From: Acidobacteriota bacterium
GTDB taxonomy: Bacteria > Acidobacteriota > Vicinamibacteria > Marinacidobacterales > Marinacidobacteraceae
Length of the DNA: 64,000 bases
Assembly (NCBI GenBank): GCA_022826195.1
Contig: JAJDVI010000091.1
Span: forward strand, 26,483 to 90,482
Direction: 5' to 3'
A program made the translations under genes and the position numbers. Numbering within the stretch: position 1 is the first letter of the stretch; every line of letters starts with the position of its first letter. The notes under the pieces were generated by a model. That model worked only from the letters and a program-made list of their open reading frames with translations. It had not been told where the DNA came from and ran no database searches. Of this stretch, positions 30,601 through 42,534 are shown piece by piece.

Positions 30601-32042
30601 CGCTCGCCCTGGACGACGAAGTCCTCGAACGAGTCCACGTTCCGCTGGAGCGCCTCCACCACCCCGACCAGGGGACCGATGGGTTCGTCACCGGCCCGCT
30701 CGAGCACGCCGGACAGCGCGGAGGCGGACTGCCGCATCCACTTGAGGGTGTGTTTTTCGAAGCGGTCGGCGCGGACCGCCTGCGCCTCCATCCGGGCGAG
30801 CGCCTCGTTCCAGAGCTTCACCCCGGTCGGTTTGTCGCGGAAGTGCCGGCGCTTGTAGATCCCGACGATGTCCACGAGCCGCTCCACCCGGGCCGGATTC
30901 CGGTCCCCGCTGGACACCTGGTACACGAGGTGGGGCTCCGCCACGATCGTCTCGGCGGCGACCGCCAGCGTCGCCGAGGCGACCAGGTCCACCGGCACGA
31001 CGTCCAGGACCACCCCCGGACCGACCGGGAACAGGTTCTGGCCGCGGAGCGCCATCCGCACCAGCGGGGCGCTGGTGGTGAAGCCCTCGTTCCAGCCGGT
31101 GTGGGGGAACGAGAGCGCGCTCTCCACGACCGCCGGGCGAACGATGGCGCGCGCGACGCCCTCCGCGCCCGCCACGAGCTGGTCCCCGAGACTCTTCGTG
31201 TAGGTGTAGATGTTCGGCCAGCCCCAGCCCTGCGCTTTTTCGATGCCGAGGTCGCGGAGCCGGCGGCGGATCCACTCCTTCCGCTCGCGGGCGATCGCGA
31301 GCGACAGCGAACGCGCATCGTCCGGATCGCGGCCCTCCTCGGCGAACCGCTTGCGGGCCGCTTCCTGGAAGGCGTCCACCCGCGACTTGTCCTCGGCTTC
31401 GTCGCGCACCCGGGCGGCGAGGCGTTCGCAGTCCTCGATCTCCTTCTCGACCGAGAACTCCTGGTCCTCCCGGTCGCGGCGCGGGAAGTAGCCGATCAGC
31501 GGTTCGTCCTCGCGCACCTCGCCCGACCGCATGCCCGCGACGAAACAGGTGCTGATGTGCACGAGCGCGGGGCGCTTCATGCGGCGCGCGAAGGCGATGG
31601 TGTTCCGGGTCCCGTGGACGTTCGTCTGGAGCGCCGCCTCGAGCGACGGGTTGAAGGTCACCCGGCCGGAACAGTTGAGCACCAGGTCGATGTCGGCGGC
31701 GATCCCGGCGGCGCGTTCTTCCGAATAGCCGAGGTTGTCGCTCGTGATGTCCCCGCCGAGGACGACGATCTTCTCGTCCAGGAAGTCGCGTAGCCCGGCG
31801 CCGTGGCGCTCGCGCAGCGGCGAGAGCGCCGGGGAGTTCTCCATGATGTCCTCGAACCGCACCCGGCTCTCCGCCTCGCCGGCGGCCCGCACCATGAGAT
31901 AGACGCGCCGGATCTCCGGGAAGAACTCGAGGAGCATCCCGAGGCAGACCTTGCCCAGGAACCCGGTCCCGCCGAGCAGCAGGATGCTCCGGCCGGCGAA
32001 GGCTTCGCCCACGTCGATCCGGGGGCGGGCAGGGTCGGCCAC
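27621..32042 (-). CDS. elbD: Ether-lipid synthase ElbD-like: fatty acyl reductase + acyl-CoA synthetase + ACP + acyltransferase
   Basis: GGTGFLGK and YTYTK (FAR), TSGTTGTPKG and GYGLTE (AMP-binding), LGFDSL (PP-binding), NHGSHLD and FPEGTRS (PlsC). Confidence 0.88.
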   Translation of the reverse strand: MADPARPRIDVGEAFAGRSILLLGGTGFLGKVCLGMLLEFFPEIRRVYLMVRAAGEAESRVRFEDIMENSPALSPLRERHGAGLRDFLDEKIVVLGGDITSDNLGYSEERAAGIAADIDLVLNCSGRVTFNPSLEAALQTNVHGTRNTIAFARRMKRPALVHISTCFVAGMRSGEVREDEPLIGYFPRRDREDQEFSVEKEIEDCERLAARVRDEAEDKSRVDAFQEAARKRFAEEGRDPDDARSLSLAIARERKEWIRRRLRDLGIEKAQGWGWPNIYTYTKSLGDQLVAGAEGVARAIVRPAVVESALSFPHTGWNEGFTTSAPLVRMALRGQNLFPVGPGVVLDVVPVDLVASATLAVAAETIVAEPHLVYQVSSGDRNPARVERLVDIVGIYKRRHFRDKPTGVKLWNEALARMEAQAVRADRFEKHTLKWMRQSASALSGVLERAGDEPIGPLVGVVEALQRNVDSFEDFVVQGERQYHTFRPFIAGEEFIFRADNTHDLFSRLDGNDGKLFFNPEEIDWYDYWLHVHLPGLEKWVFPALEDQERGQRRAQKRVYTYRTINELFEACTKNHAGRVAMRITRGGREERYTYADLRECVLRGAAFLAARGLAAGDHVGLIGENSPEWGMAYFAIQRIGATAIPLERDLRREEIVRLLRLGDARAVLMSDALFERHAGLSSDNGAAPPAAAHPFRDVFAMGETEDGEAAPPRAVRTSPTALASILFTSGTTGTPKGVMLTHRNFTSLVAKLLSVYDIGEKDGALSILPLHHSFEFTTGFLLPLSRGAQIAYLEEIGPEAINTELQKGHTTCIVGVPALWDLLRRRILAPFADRSQRAEDLATALIDAAHLLREDTGVNVGPAVFLPVHTALGGRIRYLISGASALSEATWKAFRGLGFHIAQGYGLTEAAPVLTVTSPDGPVPIGSVGKALPGIEIRIVDPDASGVGEVAAKGPNVMAGYYGNEEATAEALRDGWLYTGDLGRLDEQGHLFLVGRRKDVIVDSGGKNIYPDEVEEIYAAPDLIAELAVVGLPDGMAEQVAAVVVPKEKTPEGRQRVETHFRSVSSRLPLHKRIKTVEFSDEALPRTATRKVKRGELVHWLRDRRREAAAESGEEAASGNRILELIASICERPVSEIRTSSSFAELGFDSLMYNELAAGLDAEFGESAAPEALANMATIEELVLAMRAPPGGVRGRRPRRGESRKKREEDEIEIPPAVAKAGRAALTEVQHWFYHQVLEPTFTGRAHVPNHTNYLVVANHGSHLDMGLVKMALGDAGSNLLALAAADYFFDNRVKRTFFGNFTNLVPMERRGSLRESLDRAAGYLHQGYSVLVFPEGTRSRSGQIQKFRRGFAHLAYRCRVGVLPIHLDTWGAFPPGAVGLRARTVAARIGPFLSHDFLLRFGGEGVRAAVAEARVTALVQTMVERLGRQEPIQLEEEAARILEAAEPAGAESRHAAGSPANDRVPDPTPVG

Positions 32043-32049
32043 GGCGGAC

Positions 32050-33648
32050 CTAGGACACCTCGGGGATCATGATCGGCGGGACGTGGAGCATGGTGATCTC
32101 CGCGGAGCGGCCGTGGGTGCTGCGCGCCATCGCGATCGCCTCGGTCACCGTCTCCGCCGATTCCCAGCCGAGGATCTCGGGGACGTGCTGGTTCTTCGCC
32201 CCGGCCACGATGATCCGGCCGACGTGCTGGCGCCCGTTCTCGCCCCAGTACCACATGAAGAACGGATGGGCCCCGTGGTAGGCGTTCCCGTCCCGGTACA
32301 TCTGCACGTAGGACGGGTTGTGCGCGAACTCCTCCTCGTACTTGGTCCGCAGCACGAAGGGGTCCCGGGTCTCCGGGAGCAGCCGGTGGAAGAACTCGAT
32401 GTAACTGGGATGGAACAGGGGATCGAAGTCGTCGTGGCAGGGGTGGGCCAGGATCAGGGTGCCGCCCTTCTTGATCAGGGGCTTGCCCCGGTACAGGTTG
32501 AACAGGTAGCCCGGACCCATGACCTGGACGAGGAGCGGGTTCAGGATCGAGTTCACGTTGTAGGGCGAGATGTAGGGGATCCCGGACAGCAGGATGTCGC
32601 ACTGTCCCTTCACGGGGACCGCGTACTGCTGGAAGGAACGCTCGAGCGTCTTTTCGTGCACGGGCTCCGTCGAGCCCGCGTAGCAGCCGATCAGCTCGAA
32701 GGCGCCCGGGATGCGGTGCAGGAACTGCCGCTTCGCCGGCGCGGGAAGGCGGCTCAGCGACCACCGCGTTCCCGCGAGCTTCAGCCGGTCGAGGTCGCTG
32801 AACTCGTCCTCGTCCTTGCCGAGGAACGAGAGGGCGTCGGAGTACATCCGGTTGTTCAGCACCGTCTCCACATGGAACACGTTCAGGTGCCGGTCCACGA
32901 TCTTGCCCATCCGGTCCACCTTGCGGCTCAGTTCGGACTTGGCCGGATCCATGTAGCCGTCGGAATCGCGGATCGTCTGCGGCTCGTGGTGGGGTCTCAG
33001 GCTCTCGTAGTCGCAAAGCCCCACCGTCACCGATTTGTGACCCCCGTCCATCGGAACGAGGTTGATGTTCAGGTAGATGACGAGATCGCTCTCCGTCACC
33101 CGCCGGTTCACCCGGACCGGCTCGTGATGACGGGTCTTTCCCAGCGCCACCATGCCGTTCGGGTCCTCGGCGTCGTGGTTGTAGTAGCGGTTCGGATAGA
33201 ACGCGTTGTGGATCTCCGGCCCCACCATCCGGCGCATTTCCGATTCGGTCATCTTCCGGTGCAGCGAGTTCGCGATGATCAGGTGGACATCGTCCACGCC
33301 GTGGTCGCCGAGCATTTCCAGCACGATCTCGAGCGCGGTCTGGCGGATGTCGGGGGTGGCCATCGGCGGCAGCGGCAGGCTGATGTCGTCGAGAGCGATG
33401 GTGACCCGCATCCCGGGACGAAGCTGCGCGTAGAGCGGATCGCAGCCCAGGGGGTGGTTCAGCGCGTGCCGGATGGCGCCACGCGGGTTCGGCAGGCCCC
33501 GGATCGGGGGCGGCGGATAGACCACCCGGGTGCCCACCGGGAGGTGTTCTTCCAGAAAATCCTCGCCGTAGTGCAGGACACGGGCGGCCGAGTCGTTATC
33601 GATGAACACGATCCCGGGATCGGTCTTGTGGCGCAGGGCGGGGGTCAT
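32050..33648 (-). CDS. elbC: Lactate-racemase (LarA/DUF2088)-domain protein, ElbC-like
   Basis: [21 protein letters not shown] and GGHKS; position in the elb cluster. Confidence 0.78.
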   Translation of the reverse strand: MTPALRHKTDPGIVFIDNDSAARVLHYGEDFLEEHLPVGTRVVYPPPPIRGLPNPRGAIRHALNHPLGCDPLYAQLRPGMRVTIALDDISLPLPPMATPDIRQTALEIVLEMLGDHGVDDVHLIIANSLHRKMTESEMRRMVGPEIHNAFYPNRYYNHDAEDPNGMVALGKTRHHEPVRVNRRVTESDLVIYLNINLVPMDGGHKSVTVGLCDYESLRPHHEPQTIRDSDGYMDPAKSELSRKVDRMGKIVDRHLNVFHVETVLNNRMYSDALSFLGKDEDEFSDLDRLKLAGTRWSLSRLPAPAKRQFLHRIPGAFELIGCYAGSTEPVHEKTLERSFQQYAVPVKGQCDILLSGIPYISPYNVNSILNPLLVQVMGPGYLFNLYRGKPLIKKGGTLILAHPCHDDFDPLFHPSYIEFFHRLLPETRDPFVLRTKYEEEFAHNPSYVQMYRDGNAYHGAHPFFMWYWGENGRQHVGRIIVAGAKNQHVPEILGWESAETVTEAIAMARSTHGRSAEITMLHVPPIMIPEVS

Positions 33649-33674
33649 GCAGTGGGCATCCTTCCGGGGTCGCT

Positions 33675-34391
33675 CTAGAGCGCGGGAGTGAGATTCGGCT
33701 GGCTGAGGTCGATGACCGGCCAGTCGTGGTGCCGCGCCGTGCTCCTCAGCCGGACATCCGGGTTGGCCGCGGTGGGGTGTCCGACCACGCTCAGCATGGG
33801 CAGGTCGGACATGCTGTCGGCGTAGGCGTAACTGTCGTTCAACGAGAGCCCCTCGCGTTCCGCGTATTCCCGGATCCAGAGAGCCTTGCTGGCGCTCGCC
33901 ATCACCGGCGGCGCCAGCCGGCCGGTCGCCCGGCCGTCCGCGAACTCCAGGCGGTTCGCGACGAACTCGGTGATGCCGAGGTCGTCGAGCAGGGGCCGGA
34001 CGGACACCTCGAGCGCGCCTGTCACCACGACCTGACGCAGACCGCTCCGGCGCGACTGCTCGATGAGCGCCCGCGTTCCCGGGAAGATGCCCGGACGGAT
34101 CACGTCCCGGTAAAGGTCTTCCGCGAGCGAGCGAAGCCGGTCGTGGGACTGGCCCCGGTACCACTTGAAGAAGAGGTCGTTGAAGAGTTTGCGGCTGTAG
34201 AAATCGGTGGCCAGGAACAGCGGGATCCCGGCGAGCGTCGAGGCGGTGGTCTTCAGGCTCCGCAGCAGCCCCTGGTCGTTCCGGGCGTAGTACGCGAGAA
34301 CATGAACGAGATTCGTGCGGATCAGGGTGCCGTCGAGGTCGTAGAACGCCGCCGCTCTCGCCGGACCGTTCCCGGGTTCGCTGCGTGACAT
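33675..34391 (-). CDS. elbB: HAD-IB phosphatase, ElbB-like
   Basis: [13 protein letters not shown] and [11 protein letters not shown] motifs. Confidence 0.8.
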   Translation of the reverse strand: MSRSEPGNGPARAAAFYDLDGTLIRTNLVHVLAYYARNDQGLLRSLKTTASTLAGIPLFLATDFYSRKLFNDLFFKWYRGQSHDRLRSLAEDLYRDVIRPGIFPGTRALIEQSRRSGLRQVVVTGALEVSVRPLLDDLGITEFVANRLEFADGRATGRLAPPVMASASKALWIREYAEREGLSLNDSYAYADSMSDLPMLSVVGHPTAANPDVRLRSTARHHDWPVIDLSQPNLTPAL

Positions 34392-34523
34392 CGGGGTCAG
34401 ATTATCGCCGCGCGCCGGCCGCCACGGTGGCGCGCGGCGCGGCCGGGGCGCGCGTTGACGTACCATCCACGGTCCTCCGCTCGCCTGGAACGCCCCGATT
34501 CGCCCCACGGGGGCGAGAAGTTC

Positions 34524-35590
34524 GTGATTCAACTCCCCACCCCGAAAGCGCCCTCGCAAGCCGTCCGCCGCGTTGCGATCACGGCGGTCGGGGCCTACCT
34601 TCCGGACCGGGTGCTGTCGAACGACGACCTGGAACGGATGGTGGACACCTCCGACGAGTGGATCCGGGAGCGCACCGGCATCAGCGAGCGCCGGATCGTG
34701 GACAAGGGCACCGGCTGTTCTTTCCTGGCCTCCCAGGCGGCCCGGGACGCGCTGCGGCGGCGGGGCATCACCGCCGACGACGTCGACCTCATCGTGGTCG
34801 CCACCGTGACCCCCGACATGAGCTTCCCCGCCACCGCCTGCCTGGTCCAGGACCAGATCGGGGCCAGCCGCGCCTGGGGATTCGATCTGTCGGCGGCGTG
34901 CAGCGGTTTCAACTTCGCGCTCGCCGCGGGGACGCAGTTCGTGGCCAGCGGCGCCGCGGAACGGGCGCTGGTGATCGGGGCCGACGTGATGAGTTCGATC
35001 ACCGACTACGAGGACCGCGCCACCTGCATCCTGTTCGGGGACGCCGGCGGGGCGGTCCTCCTGGAAGCCGCCCAGGACGGTGAGGGCATCCTGGGCTTCA
35101 ACAACCAGGTGGACGGCTCCGGCTGCGACCTGCTCAAGATGCCGGCCGGGGGCAGCATTCGGCCGCCCACCCACGAAACCGTGGATCGCAAGGAGCACTA
35201 CCTCCAGCAGCAGGGCAAGGCGGTCTTCCGCTTCGCCGTGCGCAACTCGGCCGATGCCGCCGAGAAGCTGCTGGACGAGCTCGGCTTTTCGCGCGATGAC
35301 GTTTCCTTCCTGGTCTGCCACCAGGCGAACGCCCGGATCATCGACGCGGTGGCGCGGCGGCTCCAGGTTCCGCCGGAACGCGTGGTGAAGACGATCCACA
35401 AGTACGGCAACACGACCGCCGCCTCGATCCCCACCGCGCTCCGCGACGCGCTCGACCGGTCGCTGCTCGCGCCCGGCGACCTGGTGCTGTTCAGTTCGGT
35501 GGGCGCCGGGCTGACCATCGGCACCGCCGCGATTCGCTGGGGCGGGGAACGGACCGCCGCGGGCGCGGCGGAGACGAATTCCAGCGGCCC

Positions 35591-35594
<4 letters not shown>
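34524..35594 (+). CDS. fabH: 3-oxoacyl-ACP synthase III
   Basis: [21 protein letters not shown] and GNTTAASIP (Cys-His-Asn triad); the start is uncertain. Confidence 0.93.
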
Positions 35595-37704
<2,110 letters not shown>

Positions 37705-37708
<4 letters not shown>

Positions 37709-39255
37709 ACGTCCAGCGGCGAGACGGCGTCGCGGCCGCGAGTTCCGCGCGCTCGGGCGCCGCCCTGCTCTTCCTGCCGCTCCTCGTAGCCTGCACGGGT
37801 GACCGGGCCCCCGGGGAGGACCCGCCACGCCGGCCCAACATCCTCTTCATCGCGGTCGACGACCTGAACGACTGGATCGAGCCGCTCGGCGGCCATCCCC
37901 AGGCCCGGACGCCCAACCTCGCGCGCCTGGCCGGCGAGGGCGTGCTCTTCACCCGCGCCTACACCCCCTCCCCCTCCTGCAACCCGTCGCGGACCGCGCT
38001 CCTGACCGGACAACACACCACCACCTCGGGGATGTACTCCAACTACCAGTGGTGGCGGCAGGTGCTGCCCGAGGCGGTGACGCTTCCGCGCTACTTCGCC
38101 GATCGCGGGTACTGGGCGGGGGGCGCCGGGAAGATCTTCCACAACAACCAGCCCGACCCCGGTTCCTGGGACGACTACTTCCCGTCGCTCGAGGAGCACA
38201 TGCCCACGTCTCCGCGGCCGGAGGGAGAAGGGACCGTGAACATGCCGGCCTTCCCCGACATGTACGGCGCTTTCGACTGGGCGCCGCTCGACGTACCGGA
38301 CGAGGAGATGGGCGACCACCAGTCGGTGGCCTGGGCCATCGAAGCGCTGGAGCGGGAGCACGAGAAACCGTTCTTCCTGGCGGTCGGCATTTACCGTCCC
38401 CACCTGCCCTGGTACGTGCCCCGCAAGTACTTCGAGATGTTTCCGCTCGATGAGGTCCAGCTCCCGCTGCTGCGCGACGACGATCTCGCGGACGTCCCCG
38501 AGCGCGCGGTCGAGATCGCGCACCGCGGCGGCAACTACCACGAACACGTGGTTGCCGCGGATCAGTGGCGGGAGGGCGTCCAGGGGTATCTCGCCTCGAT
38601 CGCCTACGCCGACGCGATGGTCGGCCTGCTTCTCGACGCGCTCGACGCCAGCCCGCACGCGAAGAACACCGTCGTCGTTCTCTGGTCCGACCACGGGTGG
38701 CAGCTCGGCGAGAAGGAACACTGGAGGAAGTTCGCGCTCTGGGACAACCTCACCCGCGTGGTCCTGATGTTCCGGGTGCCGGAAGGGACGGCCGCCCTTC
38801 CCGGAGGCACCCCCGCCGGGGTCCGCTCCGGCAGGACGGTCTCGCTCCTCGACCTCTATCCCACGCTGGTGGAACTCGGCGGGCTACCGGGGAAGGAGGG
38901 CCTCGACGGCCGGAGCCTGGCGCCGCTGCTCCGGGACCCGGACGCCGCCTGGGATCGTCCCGTCATCAGCACCTACCAGTTCGGCGAGTACGCGATCCGC
39001 GACGAGCGCTTCCATTACATCCGCTACATCGACGGGAGCGAGGAGCTATACGACCTGGAAGCGGACCCGGACGAGTGGAACAACCTCGCCGGGGATCCCC
39101 GATACCGGGACGAGACGACCCGCCTGGGCGCTCTGCTTCCGGCCGAGCCAGCCCCCTTCGTGGAAACCGACTATCCCCTCATGCCCCACCACATCCCGCC
39201 GCTGCGCGGACTCGACGACTACCTGGAGCGTAGGGCAGCCGGGGCGCGAAGGTAG
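37705..39255 (+). CDS. Sulfatase lipoprotein (iduronate-2-sulfatase-like)
   Basis: GTGA overlap; lipobox LLVAC; [11 protein letters not shown]; CNPSR formylglycine motif; SDHG. Confidence 0.92.
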
Positions 39256-39323
39256 AAGCGTCCCCGGTTGGTGGGCCGCCGTGGAACCGGACGCTGCCGC
39301 TGCCGACGTAGTCTCAAGCGCAA

Positions 39324-40805
39324 ATGATTGACCGAGGCCGGACGGCCCTGAGTCGAAGAGAGCTCTCACGCCCGGTCCGACTGGCGGTTTCCGACGGCCT
39401 CCTTGCCGGAGGACGGACCTTCCTCGACTACCGCTGCGGCCGCGGAGGAGACGTGCGGCAACTGCTTCGGCTTGGGTTCGACGCGACTGGTTGGGATCCG
39501 GCACACCCTTCTGGCGAAAAGCGCGAGGCGGCCGTGGTCAATCTCGGCTACGTGGTGAATGTCATCGAGGATCCGGCGGAGCGGCTAGCGACGGTCCAGG
39601 ACGCGTGGCGGCTGACCAGGGAGGTTCTAGTCGTGGCCGCCCGGCTGGACACCGACCACCGGGAACTGTCTGGCACTCCCCTCGGGGATGGGGTCCTTAC
39701 CCGGATCGGCACCTTTCAGAAGTACTTCACGCAGGACGAGCTGGTCCGCTGGCTCAGGGACTCCATCGACGAACAGCCGGTGGCAGTCGCCCCCGGAGTG
39801 TTTTACCTCTTCAGGGACACGGCCCGCCGAGAGGCGTTCGCGGCCTCGAGTTTCCGGAGCCGGGTCGCCCCGTTCTCGCTGTCGAAGTCCATCGCGCTTT
39901 ACCGGGAGAACAAGGTGGCCCTCACGGCGCTCGCCGACTTCTTCGACGAGCACGGGAGACTGCCGGCGACAGGAGAGCTCGCGGCAGCGGAAACGCTGGA
40001 GGAGGCGTTCGGTTCGGTGCGGCGAGCGTTCACGTTCCTCCGGACGGCAACTGGCCCCGAGCGGTGGGGTCTCGTCCGCAGAATCCGATCCGCCGACTTG
40101 TTGGTCTATCTGGCGCTGGCCCGTTTGCGGGGCCGTCCGCCGCTGTCGGTCTTGCCGGCAGCGCTCAAGCGCGATATCCGTTCGGTGTTCCCAAGCTATC
40201 GGTTCGCCTGTGCGGCGGCGGACACCCTCCTGTTCCGAGCCGGCAACGCCCAGGCCGTTGAGGCCGCATGCCAGGAGTCCCGGGTGGGGAAGCTGACCCC
40301 CAGCGCGCTCTACGTCCACGAGTCCGCCCTCGCCAGCCTGCCGCCGGTGCTGCGCGTGTACGAAGGGTGCGCCCGGACGCATGTTGGCTCTGTGGAGGGG
40401 GCGAACGTGATCAAGCTCTACCGGCAGCGGTCCCAAGTCTCATATCTGGCGTATCCCGACTTCGACACGGACCCGCACCCGGTGCTCTCCCGGTCGACGA
40501 CAACCCGCCTGGGGTCGCTGGAGATTCACGTGCGGCGCTACGAGCGGTCGACGAATCCACCCATCCTGCACCGGAAGGAACTCTTCGTCCATCCGTCCTA
40601 TGTTCATCACCGGAAGTTCGCTCGCCTGACCTGCCAAGAGGAGGAACACGGTCTATACGAGGGCTCTGCGTCCATCGGACACGCAGAGCAATGGCGCGCC
40701 GCCTTGGCTGAACGAAGACTCGGCTACCTCGGCCACGACCTTGTACCGATCGACTCCATTCGCGCCTCAGACACTGATCCCGTCTCCACGACGACGTGTG
40801 GCTAG
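39324..40805 (+). CDS. DNA phosphorothioation-associated putative methyltransferase
   Basis: RTALSRRELSRPV, FLDY(R)CGRGGD, GWDP, VNLGYVVNVIED, TFQKYFTQ-EL, YPDFD-DPHP and NPPILHRKE. Confidence 0.88.
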   Translation: MIDRGRTALSRRELSRPVRLAVSDGLLAGGRTFLDYRCGRGGDVRQLLRLGFDATGWDPAHPSGEKREAAVVNLGYVVNVIEDPAERLATVQDAWRLTREVLVVAARLDTDHRELSGTPLGDGVLTRIGTFQKYFTQDELVRWLRDSIDEQPVAVAPGVFYLFRDTARREAFAASSFRSRVAPFSLSKSIALYRENKVALTALADFFDEHGRLPATGELAAAETLEEAFGSVRRAFTFLRTATGPERWGLVRRIRSADLLVYLALARLRGRPPLSVLPAALKRDIRSVFPSYRFACAAADTLLFRAGNAQAVEAACQESRVGKLTPSALYVHESALASLPPVLRVYEGCARTHVGSVEGANVIKLYRQRSQVSYLAYPDFDTDPHPVLSRSTTTRLGSLEIHVRRYERSTNPPILHRKELFVHPSYVHHRKFARLTCQEEEHGLYEGSASIGHAEQWRAALAERRLGYLGHDLVPIDSIRASDTDPVSTTTCG

Positions 40806-40944
40806 GCCGTGGCTCCGGATTCCGACTCGAAGCCACGAGACGATGTCTCGCCCGTCCGGCACATCAATCTTCACGGATCACGACGGCCAAGAAGCGGGCT
40901 CCTGAACGCTCTTGGCCCGCCCTCACCCGAATCGCTCCGACGCG

Positions 40945-40974
40945 TTGACCGGTCGCCTCCCGCCCGGCTAGACT
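40945..40974 (+). promoter_or_regulatory. Sigma70-type promoter upstream of the dndA-like operon
   Basis: TTGACC-N18-TAGACT. Confidence 0.55.
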
Positions 40975-41325
40975 CGCCCACATCGGGAAGCACAGGGTGA
41001 AGAGCAGCGCTCTAGCCGTGACACTGGCTTCAGCGGAGCTTTCGTCCTCCTCACCGAAGCTTCCGGCACAACGGATCCGGGGCACAAAATGCGGTTATTC
41101 CGTTCGGCACGTCACGCCGGGCGGCCCATGAGTCGTTCCACCGAGGAGCCCGTGAAATGTTGGTCCTGATGTGCCGCCATGCCCGAGAAAGCGGCCACCC
41201 ATGCACCCGGTCTGACCGGGAGTCGCCATGCATGGGGGCCGCCCAGGCTCGCGGACCATCACGTCGCTGCGCTGGTGCCATCCGGCCTGATCGAGGGCGG
41301 CTCTCGTCCTGATCGGGAAGATCTA

Positions 41326-42534
41326 ATGCAAGAACCCCCATCTGCATCGCGGAGAGGCACTCCAGCAGTAGCAGGCGTCCCCAAGGGCGCGTACCTCGAC
41401 TACGCCGCCACGACACCGGTCGACCCGAGTGTGGCCAAAACCATGAGCCGCTTTCTGACGCGGGGTGGAGTCTTCGGAAACCCCTCCTCCATCACCCACC
41501 GGTTCGGGAACGCCGCTCGGGAAGCCGTCGATCGGGCTCGGGGCCAAGTCGCTGCACTGATCGGCGCAACGCCGGGGGAGATTGTTTGGACCTCCGGCGC
41601 GACGGAGTCCATCAATCTGGCAATCAAGGGAATAATGCTGTCCTCCTCTGTGCCCGGACGGCACCTTGTAGTTACCGCTGTCGAGCACAAAGCCACGCTC
41701 GATGCGGCCGGCTGGCTTGGTTCCTCCGGCTTTGATGTCTCGATCGTGGCCCCGGACCCGGGGGGCCGGATCACTGCGAAACGGATCCAGCGGGCGATCC
41801 GGGAAGACACGGCCCTTGTCTCGCTCATGCATGTAAACAATGAGCTGGGCACGGTGACGGATGTCGGTTCCATCGCCCGCGTCCTTCAGGACGCCGGCGT
41901 TTTGTTCCATGTGGATGCCGCACAGAGCGCGGCTCGGCTTGCCCTGGACGTGTCACGCCTCGGGGTGGATCTCCTCTCGGTCAGCGCTCACAAAATGTAT
42001 GGTCCCAAGGGGATCGGCGCCCTCTTCGTCCGGCGGGGCCTCCAAGCGGCTCTCGTGCCGCAGGTTCATGGAGGGGGGCAAGAGGCAGGCCTACGTCCCG
42101 GCACACTTCCGACCCACCAAATCGCCGGGATGGGCGAAGCGGCAAGTCTCGTCGCTCAGCACCGTGAGGAGGACAGAGCCCGCATCGCAGAATTGGACGA
42201 CTGTCTTCTCCGTCATCTCACCCGGATTCCGGGCAGCGTAGTCAACGGCTCCAGACGCGACCGGATCCCGGGAATCCTCAACGTAGCCTTCGCTGGCGTC
42301 ACGGCGGAGTCCCTGATGGTTGCGCTTGGGGACGTCGCCATCTCGAATGGTTCCGCTTGCACTACGGCGACCCTCGAACCGTCTCACGTGCTGCTCGCAT
42401 TGGGGATGAGTCGAGCAAGAGCGTTCGCGTCGCTACGCTTCAGCATTGGGCGATTCACGACGAGGGCGGAAATCGATCTCGCAGGCGCCCGCGTCCGGGA
42501 AGCGGTGTCTTCGCTCAGGAGCCTCGCGGCATGA
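41326..42534 (+). CDS. dndA: Cysteine desulfurase (DndA/IscS family)
   Basis: YLDYAATTP, GNPSS, SGATES, HVDAAQ, SAHKMYGPKG and SNGSACT; ATGA-coupled to dndC. Confidence 0.85.
   Translation: MQEPPSASRRGTPAVAGVPKGAYLDYAATTPVDPSVAKTMSRFLTRGGVFGNPSSITHRFGNAAREAVDRARGQVAALIGATPGEIVWTSGATESINLAIKGIMLSSSVPGRHLVVTAVEHKATLDAAGWLGSSGFDVSIVAPDPGGRITAKRIQRAIREDTALVSLMHVNNELGTVTDVGSIARVLQDAGVLFHVDAAQSAARLALDVSRLGVDLLSVSAHKMYGPKGIGALFVRRGLQAALVPQVHGGGQEAGLRPGTLPTHQIAGMGEAASLVAQHREEDRARIAELDDCLLRHLTRIPGSVVNGSRRDRIPGILNVAFAGVTAESLMVALGDVAISNGSACTTATLEPSHVLLALGMSRARAFASLRFSIGRFTTRAEIDLAGARVREAVSSLRSLAA

Noticed and set aside
27576-31793. 1405-aa plus-strand ORF, and similar long ORFs such as 16746-19700, 35654-37828 and 2237-3772
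   Set aside because: Antisense shadows of motif-bearing genes; expected at this GC content and without recognisable motifs.
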